From: Octopus sinensis
Lineage: Eukaryota
Assembly: GCF_006345805.1 (NCBI RefSeq)
Contig: NW_021836388.1
Location: forward strand, 1-24,885
Direction of reading: 5' to 3'
DNA length: 24,885 nt
Positions 21,862 to 24,885 of this stretch are shown here, piece by piece; positions within the stretch are counted from its first letter, which is position 1, and every line of letters starts with the position of its first letter. The position numbers and the translations under genes are program-made. Below the pieces are notes generated by a model. It worked only from the letters and a program-made list of their open reading frames with translations. It searched no databases and was not told where the DNA came from.

Positions 21862-21993
21862 CGACGGGCTTCTTTCAGTTTCCGTCTACCAAATCCACTC
21901 ACAAGGCCCCAGGCTACGGGTGCCACGCAGTGGGACTGAACCCGGAACCATGTTGTTGGTAAGCAATCTCCTACCGCACAGCCACTCCTGCGC
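20342..21993 (-). repeat. Tandem array of four near-identical family A SINEs (20342-20725, 20759-21141, 21177-21570, 21606-21993) separated by (TA)n
   Basis: Period about 417-429 bp. Each unit runs on the minus strand from the gcgcaggagtggctgtgcgg head to the (agtaaaag)n tail. All four share the same two internal deletions. Confidence 0.95.
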
Positions 21994-22089
21994 TACATAT
22001 ATATATATATATATATATAACACTTGCATACATTAAAACACACATACAAAGATGCATTTACGCTAACATTCATACATGCAAAGACACAG

Positions 22090-22232
22090 TCACGTACAAC
22101 CACACACACATATACACACACATATACACACACACATATACACACACACATATACACACACACATACACAGACACAAAAACACACACACACACACACACT
22201 CTCACACAGACACACGCACTCATGCACACAGA
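22090..22232. repeat. (CA)n-rich tract
   Basis: Directly visible. Confidence 0.9.
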
Positions 22233-22619
22233 TATGCATTTATATCCGTAAGCTGTACCTGTTAATTGCCCTCCCACGGGCGGACAAGAAACTGAATAGA
22301 GAGAAGCGGGTGGACGGGTCTGATAATAAAACAAGAAACAAGAAAACAGTGAATGGTGTTGACGAGTGAGAGTTAGAGATGTGGAGGGGTAGGTAGAAGT
22401 GTACTTACTGGGTATGGTAGATAGGGAGTTGTAAAAAGCAAGTAGGCATTTACGGGTGCTGGATAAGTTTTAGGGTATGTAGGTAGGTTAGTAATTTAGT
22501 ACCCAAGATGGTAAGGGGAGGGATAGTGTGTTGGTAGATATGTATGAAGAGAGGTACGAAGTTAGGCAAATGCATAGGTGGATAGGGATGTAGTTAGGGT
22601 TGCATTTCCGAGCTCAGAG

Positions 22620-23290
22620 CTGAGAAAAGTAATAAGGAGGATACAGGAAGCATTCGACTGAAACGAGAAGATCCAAAATGGCTCGAAAACCATAACATGT
22701 CGACTGGGAAATAGCGTCGCTAGATGAGACTGGCTGGTACTTAAGCAGCGTTGCTGCTTGACAGGTGGGCCAAGGGAGCGTTCTCGTTTATTGCTCTCCC
22801 TCTTCCTGGTTCGAAAGCTTGTACCGCCAGACAGCTAGTCGGCTCTGGCTGCTGGAACTGAAACTAATACGATGCTGTTGGGAGGTAGGTTTAAAGAGGG
22901 CGCGGACCTAAACTTCATGTCCTCCCCTCCATCGGTCAGTGGAAGCTTAGATAATGTCGCGTGACAGTTAGCTGGTGCTGGTTGTTGGATCCTACCGGCG
23001 AGTATTTAAAGGGAAATTTGGCAGGGTGGTCATTCACTCGCGGACATTCGTTGATGCTGCATCGAAGAAACCAAAGAACAAAGAGGCCAAAGAAAAATGG
23101 AGAAAGAACAAACACACCCAACACCAGAGCTGAAGACACCTCCGAAAGGAAGGGGGCGCAACGTTGAAAACGGTAGAGGAATAGGGGCCGGAATCGGATG
23201 TGGTTCTTCCTGATGATCTCTTTAGCCACTGGATTCTATAAAGGAGCTGTTGAGGTAGCGAACCACGAAACGTGGCTGGAATTCCTGGGA
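22620..23290 (+). mobile_element. Possible ancient Penelope-like element 3' relic (decayed GIY-YIG C-terminal part plus terminal region)
   Basis: RIQE(frameshift)H...RSKMARKP*HVDWEIASLDETGWY at about 22638-22740 resembles the Penelope endonuclease R..EH...S.LA.H...H.IDW....L..E..W pattern. Downstream are tatttaaag and several hammerhead-core-like words. Confidence 0.4.
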
Positions 23291-23335
23291 GGAGGTAAGT
23301 AGGTAGGTAAGTATTTAAGTGAGAAAGGTAGACAT

Positions 23336-23771
23336 CTCTTTTATTGGTTTCAGTGGTTAGACGGCGGCCACACATAATATACGCACGTGATATATTTTTG
23401 GTCGAATGAGTCCACACCAGGATATATTTTTAAAACCTGACACTTATTCTATCGGCTTGTTAAACCGCTAAGTTTCGGAGACGTAAACAAGCCAACATTG
23501 GTTATCAAGATGTGTCTGTGTATCAGTTCTTTTCCTCCACCATCGACGCTATTTCCCAGAACTGACACACAGACACAGATGTAGATAAATATAGATATAT
23601 ACAAATATGACGGGCTACTCTCAGTTTCTGACTAGCAAATCCACTCACAAGCACACGGTGGGCCCGAGCTGTAGTGGAAGACACTTGCCCGAGGTATCAC
23701 GCTGTAGGACTGTACGCAGAACCGTGTGCTTGGGAAGCAAACTTCTTACCACACAGCCAATCCGGCGCCTA
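23336..23771 (-). mobile_element. SINE family A, old and diverged
   Basis: Reverse-complement tail tcttttattggtttcagt through head cttcttaccacacagcca..cggcgccta; lacks the deletions that mark the array units. Confidence 0.85.
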
Positions 23772-23898
23772 GGACTTTTTTCTTTTAGGTAGGTTGCTGG
23801 TATTTATAATTAATTAGATAAAAGTTTCGTAGATAAGTAGGCAAACAGACAGAAGTAGACAGAGAGATGGGTACGTATGGTAAGTAGTAGACAGACGA

Positions 23899-24132
23899 AG
23901 GCGACGAGCTAGCAGAAACGTTAGCACGCCGGACGAAATGCTTAGCCGTATTTCGTCTGCCGTTACGTTGTGAGTTCAAATTCCGCCGAGGTCGACTTTG
24001 CCTTTCATCCTTTCGGGGTCGATAAATTAAGTACCAGTTACGCACTGGGGGTCGATGTAATCGACTTAATACCTATGTCTGTCCTTGTTTGTCCCCTCTG
24101 TGTTTAGCCTCTTGTGGGTAATAAAGAAATAG
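23899..24132 (+). mobile_element. Full-length SINE family B with 13-bp target-site duplication
   Basis: gtagtagacagac at 23884-23896 and 24133-24145 flanks a complete head-core-tail copy. Confidence 0.92.
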
Positions 24133-24145
24133 GTAGTAGACAGAC

Positions 24146-24682
24146 AAATAGGTTGATTGGTAGGAAAATAGACAGGTAGGTAAGCCGGAACGCAACTAGT
24201 TTGACAAGTAAGCAGGTAAAGGAAGTTGACAGTTGTGTGGCGAGATAGGTAGATACTTTGATGAAGTTGGCAGATAGGTAACTGGGTAGGTACATCGCTA
24301 AGTTGGTAAGGTAGAATGGCAGATACATGGTTAGGTGCGTAGAAGGTGAGGTAAATAAGTAGTTGTGGTACACTGGTACTTAGACGAGGAGGTAGATATG
24401 AGGGTAGGTAGATAGGCAGTTGGTAGGTAGGTAGGTAGGTACGTAGGTAGGTATGTATGTAGGCAGGTAGGTATATATTTATATATGTATGTATGTGTGT
24501 ATGTATGTATATAGGTAGGTAGGTATATATGTATGTATCTATGTATGTATTTATGTGTGCATGTATGTATGTATGTAGATAGGTAAGTAAGTAGATAGGT
24601 AGGTAGGCAGGCATGTAATGGGGGTAAGTAATTAGATGGGTGAAGTAGTTAAGTAGATAAGTAGGAAGAAGTAGGTAGATAA
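24146..24682. repeat. Degenerate (GGTA/GATA/TGTA)n purine-rich tract
   Basis: Visible tetranucleotide degeneracy; similar tracts at about 22380-22600 and 23787-23890. Confidence 0.85.
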
Positions 24683-24885
24683 CTGTTAAGATATTTGTCT
24701 GGTCGTCTATAATTTCTTTTTTATATTCTCTACTCTCTTACTACACCATCAGCACCACCCATCACTACCACCACCATCACCACCCAACGACCCACTAAAT
24801 AATGGACAAGAGGTATGTATGTGTGTGAGAGAGAGTTAAGAGGAAAGAGAGATTGTTTTATGAAATATTTTATAAAATAAAAAAC

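Noticed and set aside
20342-21993. Array as CRISPR-like or as a retrozyme
   Set aside because: Units are about 400-bp SINEs, spacers are plain (TA)n rather than unique sequence, there are no cas genes, and I found no hammerhead core with valid stems in the unit.
22936-23417. 68-127 aa ORFs in the GC-balanced island
   Set aside because: No recognisable protein; they overlap repeat-derived sequence and are better explained as TE relic.

Overview
Eukaryotic, repeat-saturated, apparently non-coding (intronic or intergenic) DNA. The dispersed repeats look like the tRNA-derived SINE families of Octopus, and the extreme microsatellite load fits a coleoid cephalopod; this is recognition from memory, not a database result. 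No protein-coding gene can be supported, and almost all ORF-track entries are microsatellite or SINE read-throughs. The window holds about 25 SINE copies from at least 5 families (labelled A-E here), a complete 384-bp non-autonomous Helitron, an 833-bp pogo/Tigger-like TIR element, 3' relics of CR1-like and RTE-like LINEs, and two Penelope-like relics. The best second-look items are: (1) a four-unit head-to-tail array of one deleted SINE variant spaced by (TA)n at 20342-21993; (2) a minimal type-I hammerhead-ribozyme-like motif at 13737-13772; (3) a nested four-class TE stack at 7266-8970; (4) a Thr-codon tract with splice signals at 6248-7012; (5) module sharing and tail swapping between SINE families. 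I found no clearly new biological system; these are hypotheses to test.
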